Of a stretch of DNA of 64,000 nucleotides, positions 1-9,240 are shown piece by piece. A model generated the notes under the pieces. It was not told the DNA's origin. It did no database searches and was given only the letters and a program-made list of their open reading frames with translations. The position numbers and the translations under genes are program-made. Source of the DNA: an uncultured Bifidobacterium sp. (GTDB lineage: Bacteria > Actinomycetota > Actinomycetes > S36-B12 > UBA5976); NCBI GenBank assembly GCA_964655115.1, contig CAZZKM010000001.1, forward strand, positions 91,708-155,707, in the 5' to 3' direction. Within the stretch, counting starts at the first letter, position 1. Each line of letters starts with the position of its first letter.

Positions 1-746
1 GGCGATGCTTGATAGGCGCTATTGCCACAGCACCTTTTGCATTTAAATCTGGAATAAACATTAATAAAAAAGCATTTAAAGCATCTTTACTTGCAGGGTT
101 TTTATTAGGAATTCATTTTGCTGTATGGATTCCATCTTTAAGATTTACAACCGTTGCGGCATCTACTGCAATGGTTGCAACACAACCTGCTTGGGCTGCT
201 TTGTTTGCAAGATTAAGAGGAGAGATTTTTCCAAAACAAGTTTGGTTTGGAATATTTGTAGCACTTATTGGAGTTATTCTTTTAACTGGAATTGATATTT
301 CACTAAATAGAAATGCTGTTATTGGAGATTTGCTGGCGTTATTAGGCGCAATTTTTGCTGCGTTATATGTAACAGTTGGTCAAAGTGCTCGAGAAAAATT
401 ATCCACAGCACAATATACTTTTATTGCTTATTCAGCTGCCGCTTTTTCACTTTTCTTAATTTGCTTAATTTTGTCAACTGAATTAACTGGTTTTAATAGA
501 CAAGTTTGGATTTATATATTTTTATTAACTTTGCTTGCTCAAATTCTTGGACATACATTATTTAATATCACTTTAAGATCACTTTCTGCCACTGTTGTTA
601 GTATGGGAATTTTGTTTGAAATGCCTGGATCAACAATTATTGCGGCACTTTTAATTGGACAAGTACCACCTTGGCAAACAATTCCAGCAATAGTTTTGTT
701 AATGACTGGAATGGTTTTTGTAGTTAAGGGATATAAAACTAAATAG
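1..746 (+). CDS. EamA/DMT-family permease, probably 5'-truncated by the window edge
   Basis: Track ORF 9..746. Multi-helix hydrophobic protein with EamA-like repeats (LRFTTVAASTAMVATQPAWAALFARL, GHTLFNITLRSLSATVVSM). The frame stays open back to base 3, so the N-terminus likely lies upstream. Confidence 0.7.
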   Translation, partial: RCLIGAIATAPFAFKSGININKKAFKASLLAGFLLGIHFAVWIPSLRFTTVAASTAMVATQPAWAALFARLRGEIFPKQVWFGIFVALIGVILLTGIDISLNRNAVIGDLLALLGAIFAALYVTVGQSAREKLSTAQYTFIAYSAAAFSLFLICLILSTELTGFNRQVWIYIFLLTLLAQILGHTLFNITLRSLSATVVSMGILFEMPGSTIIAALLIGQVPPWQTIPAIVLLMTGMVFVVKGYKTK

Positions 747-1596
747 ATTTAAGAAAAGTATCTATTTCAATTGCAGTTTTTTCTGGCATTTCTCTAGCTG
801 GTGAATGTCCTGCACCAAAAATTTCTATAAATTGACCATTCAAATTCCTTGCCATTTCTTGTTGCACAGGCAAAGGCCAAATGTCATCTTTTTCACCTGA
901 TATTACTAATACTGGAACTTTTTGATTTTCCAAAGTTTTTATTAATTTTTCACTTACAGGATTTATATGCATCAACATATTTCCAATTGTTTTTATTGAT
1001 AATGGATTTGTATTTATCCAACGTTGACGTCGCCATTTTCTAACTTTTCGAGAAAATTTTCTATATCCAACCATTTTTTCTGCAACAGTTTTTAAAAACC
1101 AAATAGTTGCCATGTTGTATTTTTCAGTTGCTTTTACAAGTCGAGGTAATCCTCCCCAACGATTTCTTGGCAATGCACCTGGTCCAGAACACATCAAAGT
1201 AATACTTGCAAACGATTTAGGGGACTTACTTACTGCAATCTGACTTACTAATCCACCAAAAGAATGTCCCATGACATGAATTGGTTCTGCAAAACTATTT
1301 GCAATATCTATTACATCTTGAGCAAGTAAATCAATTGCAAAATCTTTTTCGTCATTTGAACCATAAGTTGCAGGTTGTCCAAATTGGTCAATGGCAAAAC
1401 AATGCCAACCAAGTGAGGAAAGAATCGGCATTATTGCGACAAAGTCTTCTTTGCTACCACTAAATCCTGGAACCATCAAAATAGTTCCTGCATGAATCGA
1501 TTCTGGTTCTGAAACTAATGCACCCACTATGCAACGTTGGGTAATTAATTTTTCTTCTCTAACTCCTGCTGGATTTTTTAATAACTGTTCTTGCAT
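739..1596 (-). CDS. alpha/beta-fold hydrolase
   Basis: 285 aa with nucleophile elbow GHSFGG and C-terminal GAGHSP His motif. It has an 8-nt convergent overlap with the permease. Confidence 0.75.
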   Translation of the reverse strand: MQEQLLKNPAGVREEKLITQRCIVGALVSEPESIHAGTILMVPGFSGSKEDFVAIMPILSSLGWHCFAIDQFGQPATYGSNDEKDFAIDLLAQDVIDIANSFAEPIHVMGHSFGGLVSQIAVSKSPKSFASITLMCSGPGALPRNRWGGLPRLVKATEKYNMATIWFLKTVAEKMVGYRKFSRKVRKWRRQRWINTNPLSIKTIGNMLMHINPVSEKLIKTLENQKVPVLVISGEKDDIWPLPVQQEMARNLNGQFIEIFGAGHSPAREMPEKTAIEIDTFLKSI

Positions 1597-1599
1597 TTC

Positions 1600-1821
1600 T
1601 TAGCCAGCAAAACCTACACGTCTTTGTTCAGGAGCCCCAATTTCAACAAAAGCTAATCTATCTCCTGGAATTAAAATTTTTCTTCCTTTGTCATCAACTA
1701 GCGATAATAGAGTTTTATTTTTAACTGCATTTTCTATTTCTTTAGTAATTTCTTCAGCTGATGATTTTGTTTCAAAAATAACTTCTCGGGCACTATCTTG
1801 AACACCAATTCGTACTTCCAT
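1600..1821 (-). CDS. DUF3107-like small conserved actinobacterial protein
   Basis: Track ORF 1600..1860. The conserved part begins MEVRIGVQDSAREVIFET..., so I place the start at the internal ATG (1821). The start remains uncertain. Confidence 0.55.
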   Translation of the reverse strand: MEVRIGVQDSAREVIFETKSSAEEITKEIENAVKNKTLLSLVDDKGRKILIPGDRLAFVEIGAPEQRRVGFAG

Positions 1822-1931
1822 TTGGACCTTTTGTCTCCTAAATTCTCTTCTTTCTAACAATATAAGTAGTCAAGCACTCCTGCATCCTCTAGGTTTGCGG
1901 CTTATCTTGCGCTGACCTAAAGTGATTAATT

Positions 1932-2816
1932 ATGTTGGAAAACAATGTATTGACCAGTAATTCATCAATCAGAGTCAGAAGAGCAAATGAAGGTGCTTCT
2001 GAAAAAGTTTTGATGCTGCATGGCCTTGGTGGAACTGGTCTAAATTGGAAACACTTAATCAACACTTTTGATTCGTCATTCGATATTTTGGCACCCGATT
2101 TTCCTGGTTTTGGTTTATCAACGCCTATGACAAATAAGCAATATCATCCAAAAGATTTTGCATCAAGTATGGCCGAAGTTGTGATAAATCAATTTGGAAA
2201 TGAAAAAGTGCATCTATTTGGCAATTCACATGGTGGATCGGTAGCTGTTCATTTTGCTTCGATGTTTCCAGAATTAACAAAAACATTAACTTTAATTTCT
2301 CCTGCTTTACCTGATCTAATTCCACAATTAAGTGCTTCCCCGGTAATTCTTTCTGCAATTCCTGGAGTAGGTGAAAAGTTATTGGAAAAATATCAAGAAC
2401 TTTCTATGGAAGAAAGGGCAAAAAATACCATCAATCAATGTTTTTACGATATTAAATTAGGCGAAAAAATTTGGCTTGAGGATTTATTGCATGAGATGAA
2501 AGATAGACAAGGACAAACTTATATAAATGAATTAACTTTGATTACTTTGAGAAATCTTTTAAAAACTTATTTTGATTTTTCATCAACAAATCCTTGGCAG
2601 TTAGCTAAAAATATTAAAGAACAGGCATTATTTATTTATGGAGCCAAAGATAAACTTGTTCATCCTAAAGCTGCTCATGTTGTACATAAATATTTTGAAA
2701 ACTCAAAAGTTTTAGTTTTGCCTAAAGTAGGACATGTGGCTCACATTGAAAAGCCTCAAGCCGTGAGGGATTTCTTTTATAAGCACCACTTTTCAAAACT
2801 CTTAGTCACGGAGTAA
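1932..2816 (+). CDS. alpha/beta-fold hydrolase
   Basis: 294 aa with HGLGG, nucleophile elbow GNSHGG and VGHVAHIE His motif. Confidence 0.75.
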   Translation: MLENNVLTSNSSIRVRRANEGASEKVLMLHGLGGTGLNWKHLINTFDSSFDILAPDFPGFGLSTPMTNKQYHPKDFASSMAEVVINQFGNEKVHLFGNSHGGSVAVHFASMFPELTKTLTLISPALPDLIPQLSASPVILSAIPGVGEKLLEKYQELSMEERAKNTINQCFYDIKLGEKIWLEDLLHEMKDRQGQTYINELTLITLRNLLKTYFDFSSTNPWQLAKNIKEQALFIYGAKDKLVHPKAAHVVHKYFENSKVLVLPKVGHVAHIEKPQAVRDFFYKHHFSKLLVTE

Positions 2817-2850
2817 TGTTTAGGCCACAAGAAGAAGAGGGTGGCTAATA

Positions 2851-4233
2851 ATGGCAGCAAGCATCAAGCAATCAGCACATGCACCTTTAAAAGTTGCACA
2901 ATTAGAAGCAGATATTAAATCAGGAAAAATTGACACAGTAATTGTTGGTATTACTGACATGCAAGGTCGTTTACAAGGTAAAAGAATGCATGCACCTTTC
3001 TTTTTAAAAGACACGATGAATCATGGAACTGAAGGTTGTAACTATTTATTAGCAGTTGATGTGGACATGAACACAGTTTCAGGTTTTGCCATGAGTTCTT
3101 GGGATTCAGGTTATGGCGACATGGTTATGGCACCTGACTATGACACGCTTCGATACATTCCATGGTTACCAGGTACAGCAATGGTTTTAGCTGATTTATT
3201 AAAAACAGATCACACAGATGTTTATGCTTCTCCTAGACAAATATTAAAAAAACAAATAAATAGATTAAAAGAACATAAATTAGTTCCTTATGTTGGAACT
3301 GAATTAGAATTTATAGTTTTCAAAGATTCATTTGAAGAAGCTTGGAATAAAGGTTATAAAGATTTAATTCCAGGAAATCAATACAACGTGGATTATTCAC
3401 TTTTAGGCACCACTCGAGTCGAGGGATTGTTAAGAGCAATTCGCTTAGGTATGGATGGAGCAGGTTTAGAAGTTGAATCTGCAAAAGGTGAATGTAATTT
3501 TGGACAGCATGAAATTGCTTTCAGATTTAAAGATGCTTTAACAACTGCAGATAATCATGTTATTTATAAATTAGGCGCTAAAGAAATAGCAGCTGAACAA
3601 AACATGTCTTTAACATTCATGGCAAAGTTTAATGAGCGGGAAGGTAGTTCTTGCCACATACATTTATCTGTTCGTGGCGAAAATGATGAACCAGTAATGG
3701 CAGATGATAAAGATCCTCAGGGTTTAAGTTCATTAGGAAAATCATTTATCGCAGGTCAACTTAAATATATGAGAGAAATGACTTTATTTTTTGCCCCAAA
3801 TATTAATTCCTATAAAAGATATGTGGAAGGTTCTTTTGCACCAACTGCAATGAAGTGGGGCAGAGACAACAGAACTTGTTCCATTCGTTTAGTAGGTCAT
3901 GGACATTCACTTAGATTCGAAAACCGAGTTCCAGGTGGAGATGTGAATCCATATCTAGCAGAAGCAGCCATGATTGCTGCAGGAATTGCAGGAATTGAAG
4001 AAAAATTAACACTAGAGCCTGCGTTTGAAGGAAATGCTTATGTTTCAGATGCAGTTAGAGTTCCTTCTACTTTGACCAAAGCTGCAGATCTTTGGGAAAA
4101 GAGTGATTTTGTTGCCAAAGTATTTGGTCAAGAAGTTAAAGATCACTATTTAAATATGGCTAGAGTTGAAATCGCAGCATTTGATAGAAGCATTACTGAT
4201 TGGGAGAGATTTAGAAGTTTCGAAAGAATGTAG
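2851..4233 (+). CDS. glutamine-synthetase-family gamma-glutamyl-amine synthetase (PuuA/GlnA3/GlnA4-like)
   Basis: 460 aa with the GS type-I catalytic fold (GTELEFIVF, NFGQHEIAF, SSCHIHLS, NRTCSIRL, RFENRVPGGDVNPYL). Clustered with ALDH, SDR and a PuuD-like hydrolase. Confidence 0.75.
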   Translation: MAASIKQSAHAPLKVAQLEADIKSGKIDTVIVGITDMQGRLQGKRMHAPFFLKDTMNHGTEGCNYLLAVDVDMNTVSGFAMSSWDSGYGDMVMAPDYDTLRYIPWLPGTAMVLADLLKTDHTDVYASPRQILKKQINRLKEHKLVPYVGTELEFIVFKDSFEEAWNKGYKDLIPGNQYNVDYSLLGTTRVEGLLRAIRLGMDGAGLEVESAKGECNFGQHEIAFRFKDALTTADNHVIYKLGAKEIAAEQNMSLTFMAKFNEREGSSCHIHLSVRGENDEPVMADDKDPQGLSSLGKSFIAGQLKYMREMTLFFAPNINSYKRYVEGSFAPTAMKWGRDNRTCSIRLVGHGHSLRFENRVPGGDVNPYLAEAAMIAAGIAGIEEKLTLEPAFEGNAYVSDAVRVPSTLTKAADLWEKSDFVAKVFGQEVKDHYLNMARVEIAAFDRSITDWERFRSFERM

Positions 4234-4273
4234 TACTAAAGTAAAGCAAAAAAGAATTTAAGGGGTAATAAAA

Positions 4274-5638
4274 TTGACGACTTTGCATGATGTGATCTCA
4301 CCAATCAATGAGCAAAAGTTAACTCAAGTTCCAGCTCTTTCAGCATCTGACACAGTCGAGGCTATAACTAGATCACAAAAAGCATTTGAATCTTGGAAGA
4401 AAGTTTCACCAGCAGATAGAGCAAAACTATTAAGAAATTTTGCTAGCAAAGTTGAAGCAAATATTGAAGTTTTAGCAAAACTTGAAGTTGAAAATGCAGG
4501 TCACACCATTGGCAATGCACGTTGGGAAGCTAATAACGTCGTCAATGTTTTAAATTATTATGCAGGTGCTCCTGAAAGATTATTTGGAAGACAAATTCCA
4601 GTTCCAGGTGGAGTTGATGTAACTTTTAGAGAACCAATTGGAGTAGTTGGAATTATTGTTCCTTGGAATTTTCCAATGCCAATTGCTGGTTGGGGATTTG
4701 GACCAGCTTTGGCTGCAGGTTGCACAGTCGTTTTAAAACCAGCAGAAGTTACGCCATTGACTGCTATGAAATTAGCAGAACTTGGATTAGAAGCAGGATT
4801 ACCAGAAAATGTTTTCCAAGTAGTAACAGGTTCTGGAAAAATTGTGGGCGAAACTTTAGTGCAAGACCCAAGAGTTAGAAAAATAGTTTTTACAGGTTCA
4901 ACGGAAATTGGCACACAGATTATGGCCAAATGTGCGCCAAATGTTAAAAGAGTAACTTTAGAACTTGGTGGAAAATCTGCCAACGTTATTTTTGCTGATT
5001 CAGATTTAGAAAAAGCTGCAGCAAGTGCTCCAGGTTCTGTATTTGATAATGCCGGGCAAGATTGTTGCGCCAGATCAAGGTTATTAATTGAAAAAAGTGC
5101 TTTCGATAAATTTATGCCTCTTTTTGAAAAGGCAGTTAAAGCATTTAAATGTGCTGATCCATTTGATACCTCTACTGAAATGGGTCCACTCATTACAAAA
5201 GCTCATAAAGAAAAAGTTGCAACTTATGTTGAAGAATCATTAGTTGCCTTTAGAGGAAGTGCACCATCTGGATCTGGTTTCTGGTTTCCGCCAACTGTTT
5301 TGCATATTAAAGATAGAAACCATCGAGCACTAAAGGAAGAAATATTTGGTCCAGTTGTTTCTGTAGTTACATTTGAAGATGAACAAGATGCAATTAATTT
5401 GGCAAATGATTCTGAATTTGGGTTAAGTGGTTCTATTTGGACCAATAACGGTGCCAAAGCTTTAAGAGTTGCACGTGGAATTGAAAGTGGAAACTTGTCT
5501 GTTAACTCTCATTCATCAGTTAGATACTGGACACCATTTGGTGGCTTTAAGAAATCAGGTTTGGGACGCGAACTAGGTCCAGATGCACTAAACGCGTTTA
5601 CCGAAGAAAAGAACGTATTTATCAATACAGATATATAA
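4274..5638 (+). CDS. NAD(P)-dependent aldehyde dehydrogenase
   Basis: 454 aa, TTG start. ALDH motifs [16 protein letters not shown] (catalytic Cys) and EEIFGPV. Confidence 0.85.
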   Translation: MTTLHDVISPINEQKLTQVPALSASDTVEAITRSQKAFESWKKVSPADRAKLLRNFASKVEANIEVLAKLEVENAGHTIGNARWEANNVVNVLNYYAGAPERLFGRQIPVPGGVDVTFREPIGVVGIIVPWNFPMPIAGWGFGPALAAGCTVVLKPAEVTPLTAMKLAELGLEAGLPENVFQVVTGSGKIVGETLVQDPRVRKIVFTGSTEIGTQIMAKCAPNVKRVTLELGGKSANVIFADSDLEKAAASAPGSVFDNAGQDCCARSRLLIEKSAFDKFMPLFEKAVKAFKCADPFDTSTEMGPLITKAHKEKVATYVEESLVAFRGSAPSGSGFWFPPTVLHIKDRNHRALKEEIFGPVVSVVTFEDEQDAINLANDSEFGLSGSIWTNNGAKALRVARGIESGNLSVNSHSSVRYWTPFGGFKKSGLGRELGPDALNAFTEEKNVFINTDI

Positions 5639-5650
5639 GGAGAAAATATC

Positions 5651-6415
5651 TTGAAAAGATTAGAAGGCAGAGTTGCCACAATAACTGGTGGCGGATCAGG
5701 AATCGGTAAAGCTACTGCTGTTCGTTTTGCATCAGAAGGTGCCCATGTAGTTATTGCTGACATGGATGAAAAAAATGGCCAAAGTGTGGCAAGTGAAGTC
5801 AATGGCACATTTATTAAGTGCAACGTCACGGATAAACAAAGTGTTGATAATTTATTTGCAGAAGTTTTCAAAAAATTTGGCAAAATTGATATTGCTTTTA
5901 ATAACGCTGGTATTTCTCCACCAGATGATGATTCAATTTTGATTACTGAACTTGAAGCATGGGACAAAGTTCAATTAGTTAATTTAACTTCTGTTTACTT
6001 ATGCTGTAAAGCTGTATTGCCTTACATGTTAGAAGCTAAAAAAGGTTCAATTATTAACACAGCATCTTTCGTTGCAACATTGGCTGCAGCTACATCACAA
6101 ATTTCTTACACCGCTTCCAAAGGTGGCGTATTAGCAATGACTAGAGAACTTGGCGTGCAATTTGCTCGCGAAGGAGTAAGAGTTAATGCTTTATCTCCAG
6201 GACCAATTAATACTCCACTTTTACAAGAATTATTTGCTAAAGACAAAGAAAGAGCACAACGTCGTTTAGTTCATATTCCGATGGGAAGATTTGGTGAAGC
6301 TCATGAAATTGCAGCAGCTGTTGCATTTTTAGCAAGTGATGATTCATCATTTATTACCGCATCAAACTTCTTAGTTGATGGTGGAATTACTGGAGCTTAC
6401 GTAACACCGCTATAA
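5651..6415 (+). CDS. short-chain dehydrogenase/reductase (SDR)
   Basis: 254 aa with [10 protein letters not shown] cofactor motif, NNAG, and YTASKGG (YxxxK). Confidence 0.85.
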   Translation: MKRLEGRVATITGGGSGIGKATAVRFASEGAHVVIADMDEKNGQSVASEVNGTFIKCNVTDKQSVDNLFAEVFKKFGKIDIAFNNAGISPPDDDSILITELEAWDKVQLVNLTSVYLCCKAVLPYMLEAKKGSIINTASFVATLAAATSQISYTASKGGVLAMTRELGVQFAREGVRVNALSPGPINTPLLQELFAKDKERAQRRLVHIPMGRFGEAHEIAAAVAFLASDDSSFITASNFLVDGGITGAYVTPL

Positions 6416-6417
6416 AT

Positions 6418-7281
6418 TTATAGCGGCCTTGCGCCACTTATTCTTACAGCTTTTGCGCCTAATTGATTTGCCTTTTTTAATGTATTTTGTGGTGTTTCTT
6501 TATTAATAACACTTACTAAAAATCCTGCAGCAAATGCATCACCTGCACCAATTAAATCTTTTACTTCAACTTTTTCAGGGACTTCTTTTATTTCAGAATC
6601 ATCTGTGATCCAAAGAGTTTCTTTACTTCCTTGTTTTAAAACAAGATTTTTACATAAAGATTTTATTTTTGCTATATCTCCTAAAACTTCTGCTTCATCT
6701 TTATTAGCAAATAGATAATCCCAAGGTGCAAGTTTTTGTAACGCATCAAATCCATCGTTATCGATTAGTGGTTGGCTTGAGGCAACATCTACAGAAGTTT
6801 TTAATCCATTCTCTTTAGCAATTTTTATGATTTCTCCAATTGCATTTTTAGTATTTTTTCTTAACAAACTGTAAGCAGAAATATGAATTATTTCTGCCTG
6901 TTTAAACCAATCTTTTGGGATATCTTCACTTGTTAAAAATATATTTGCTCCAGGATCTGGAAACATAGTTCTTTCCCCAGTTGCATCAATTAAAATTGCA
7001 CAACTTCCACTTGACACATTTTCTGTTTTTACTAAATTTAAATTTAGATTTGGTCTTTTGAGTTCTTCCAATATTATTTTGCCCGTTTGATCATCACCAA
7101 TTCTTGCCACAAGGCCAACTTCTATATTTTGAGTTGACGCCCAAACTGCAGCATTGGTAGCAGAACCTCCACCTTGTATTTTTATATTTGCTTGAGTATC
7201 TGAACCAAAAGCTATTTCATCTTTATGAGAAATCAAGATGTCTTGCATGACATCGCCTACAAAAATGATTTTTATAGTCAT
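6418..7281 (-). CDS. psuK: PfkB-family carbohydrate kinase, likely pseudouridine kinase
   Basis: 287 aa with C-terminal GAGDAFAAGF PfkB signature. Its start overlaps the psuG stop by 1 nt (7281). Confidence 0.65.
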   Translation of the reverse strand: MTIKIIFVGDVMQDILISHKDEIAFGSDTQANIKIQGGGSATNAAVWASTQNIEVGLVARIGDDQTGKIILEELKRPNLNLNLVKTENVSSGSCAILIDATGERTMFPDPGANIFLTSEDIPKDWFKQAEIIHISAYSLLRKNTKNAIGEIIKIAKENGLKTSVDVASSQPLIDNDGFDALQKLAPWDYLFANKDEAEVLGDIAKIKSLCKNLVLKQGSKETLWITDDSEIKEVPEKVEVKDLIGAGDAFAAGFLVSVINKETPQNTLKKANQLGAKAVRISGARPL

Positions 7282-8177
7282 TATTTAGAAATTGCAACCG
7301 CAATTTGAGCAGCTAAACGAGCATTGCTTTTTACTAATGCAACATTTGCTTTTAGTGATTTACCTTTAGATTCAGAATGCATTAAACCTAATAAAAATGG
7401 AGTGACATTTTTACCAGAAACATGTTGCTCTTTAGCTAATTTCATACCTCTATCTAATATTTCTTTTTCTAATTTTGGATCAAATTCATCTGCCTTGTCT
7501 ATTGGATTAGCAATCAACACTGATTCAGAAAAGTTACTCTTTTTTCTAAATTTATATATTTCTGCAACTTCTTCAACACTTTCAACTTTTTCATTGATAT
7601 CAAAACCAGAATCCTTAATCCAAAATCCTGGAAAATCATTTGTTTTCCAACCATAAACTGGCACATGCCAAGTTTCTAATCTTTCTAAAGTAGCTGCCAC
7701 ATCCAAAATAGATTTAATTCCACTTGAGACCACCACTATTGGAATTTGAGCCAACGCTGTTATGTCTCCTGATTCATCAAATGTTTCTATTGAGCCTTTA
7801 TGTACTCCACCTAATCCACCAGTTGCAAAAGTTGATATTCCACTTAAGTGTGCAATCCAAGCAGTGCTTGCCACAGTGGTAGCACCTGATTGTTTTCTAG
7901 TTACACAATGGGCAATATCTCTAATACCAAGTTTTAAAATGTTTGAATCATTTGCAACTTTATTTAATTGATTGTCGTCAAGTCCGATGCAAATTTCTCC
8001 ATCTAAAATAGCAATGGTTGCAGGAGTCGCTCCTTGATCTATAACAACCTGTTCAATTTCTTGCGCGATTTTGAAATTATCAGGACGCGGTAAACCATGA
8101 GCAATAATTGTTGATTCCAATGCCACTACAGCTTTTTTGTTATTTAATGCGTCTTGAACTTTTGGACTTATTTTCAT
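7281..8177 (-). CDS. psuG: pseudouridine-5'-phosphate glycosidase
   Basis: 298 aa with the IndA/PsuG family signature VALESTIIAHGLPRP and GGLGGVHKG. Confidence 0.85.
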   Translation of the reverse strand: MKISPKVQDALNNKKAVVALESTIIAHGLPRPDNFKIAQEIEQVVIDQGATPATIAILDGEICIGLDDNQLNKVANDSNILKLGIRDIAHCVTRKQSGATTVASTAWIAHLSGISTFATGGLGGVHKGSIETFDESGDITALAQIPIVVVSSGIKSILDVAATLERLETWHVPVYGWKTNDFPGFWIKDSGFDINEKVESVEEVAEIYKFRKKSNFSESVLIANPIDKADEFDPKLEKEILDRGMKLAKEQHVSGKNVTPFLLGLMHSESKGKSLKANVALVKSNARLAAQIAVAISK

Positions 8178-8893
8178 TTTTTACTTGCTTTTACTAAAGC
8201 TTCAAATAATCTTTTATCCTCACTCATTTCAGGATGCCACTGCACACCCAATGAAAATTCTTTATTTGTATCTTCTAAAACTTCAATGGTGTCATCTTCA
8301 GCCCAACCAGTAATAGTTAAGTTTCCAGGATTTTCAACTGCCTGATGATGAGAAGAATTAACAATAGTTTCTGTGGTATTCAATATTTTTGAAATTAATG
8401 AATCTTTAGAAAATCTAGCCCCATGATTTACAAACTGAGCAGGTGCTGGTCGATGATTTAGTTTTGTCACATCTGGAAGATGTTGAATTAAAGATCCTCC
8501 TTCACTTACTGCCATTATTTGTAAACCTCGACAAATTCCCAAGAATGGTAAATTCATTTCTTTTGCTTTTTTATAAAGACTTATTTCTCCTGCATCTCTT
8601 GTAATTCTTGGCTTATCACTTGTTTCATGTGGATTTTGTTTATAAAGTCTGGCATCAATATCTGCACCACCTGCAATTATTAATCCATCTAATTTTTCTA
8701 AAACATGTGAACCTTCTTCATCAGGTGGAAGAATTACTGCACGACCACCACTTTGTGTAACTGATGAAACATATTCAAAAGGTAAAACTGCCGCAGTTAT
8801 ATCCCAAGCACCCCACTTAGCAGGTTCAACGTAACAAGAAATTCCTATAACTGGTGAATTCATGAATGTAGTCTTGCACAACTTTATTTTCAA
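8174..8893 (-). CDS. class-I glutamine amidotransferase, gamma-glutamyl-GABA hydrolase (PuuD, peptidase C26)-like
   Basis: 239 aa with GICRGLQ nucleophile Cys, SSHHQA and QWHPE motifs. The true start may be the internal MNSPVIGIS (8863). 4-nt overlap with psuG. Confidence 0.75.
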   Translation of the reverse strand: MKIKLCKTTFMNSPVIGISCYVEPAKWGAWDITAAVLPFEYVSSVTQSGGRAVILPPDEEGSHVLEKLDGLIIAGGADIDARLYKQNPHETSDKPRITRDAGEISLYKKAKEMNLPFLGICRGLQIMAVSEGGSLIQHLPDVTKLNHRPAPAQFVNHGARFSKDSLISKILNTTETIVNSSHHQAVENPGNLTITGWAEDDTIEVLEDTNKEFSLGVQWHPEMSEDKRLFEALVKASKK

Positions 8894-8898
8894 TCAAT

Positions 8899-8922
8899 GG
8901 GAGTGATTAAAAAATCACTCCC
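8899..8922 (-). terminator. 9-bp hairpin just downstream of the tRNA
   Basis: GGGAGTGAT-TAAAAA-ATCACTCCC. There is no clear U-tract, so this is a terminator or processing hairpin between the tRNA and the puuD-like gene. Confidence 0.4.
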
Positions 8923-8930
8923 ACCGAGTG

Positions 8931-9003
8931 AGCCGCTGGTGGGATTTGAACCCACACTTTTTCCCTGCGAGTGGAAATGCTCTTTCCTTTGAGCTACAGC
9001 GGC
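8931..9003 (-). tRNA. tRNA with canonical cloverleaf but atypical anticodon loop (positional anticodon UCG)
   Basis: Folded by hand from the reverse complement: GCCGCTG-TA-GCTC-AAAGGAAA-GAGC-A-TTTCC-ACTCGCA-GGGAA-AAAGT-GTGGG-TTCAAAT-CCCAC-CAGCGGC-T. The acceptor stem is 7 bp, and the D and T arms look good. CCA is not encoded. Confidence 0.7.
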
Positions 9004-9103
9004 GTCTGAATAGATTTACATTTTTAAAAACTTTTTAAAGTAAAAAAGAAATATCTGTTGATAACTTAAATCTGTGGATTAAACCAAAAGATTTACAAAA
9101 TGA

Positions 9104-9136
9104 TTGACAAGAATTTTTTAAAATGTAACAATATTC
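9104..9136 (+). promoter_or_regulatory. candidate sigma-70-type promoter for moeZ
   Basis: TTGACA, then a 16-17 nt spacer, then TAACAAT. Confidence 0.35.
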
Positions 9137-9174
9137 AAGCGAGTGGTAATAGAACAATCCTTTGAGAATTTCCC

Positions 9175-9202
9175 ATTTGGCCCCGCTAAGGCGGGGCCAA
9201 AT
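9175..9202 (+). promoter_or_regulatory. perfect 12-bp GC-rich hairpin in the moeZ leader
   Basis: ATTTGGCCCCGC-TAAG-GCGGGGCCAAAT. It lies between the candidate promoter and the moeZ start. Confidence 0.45.
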
Positions 9203-9240
9203 CATTTAAGGAATGAAACAAGATTTCATTTAAACCATTT

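Noticed and set aside
4558-5193. Long antisense or off-frame ORFs in the track. Examples: 4558..5193, 5509..5967, 12683..13108, 24739..25212, 26723..27034, 30112..30483, 34576..34887, 35191..35499, 36911..37171, 37538..37867, 42839..43171, 55610..55897 and 56628..56984.
   Set aside because: Each lies entirely within a well-supported gene with clear family motifs. Their translations are low-complexity, Ser/Pro/Leu/Phe-rich shadow-frame products with no recognisable domains.
9213-9233. A 6-codon mini-ORF (MKQDFI) in the moeZ leader, considered as a leader peptide.
   Set aside because: The AAGGA abuts the ATG with no spacer, and the peptide has no informative Cys or Met codons. A hairpin is the simpler description.
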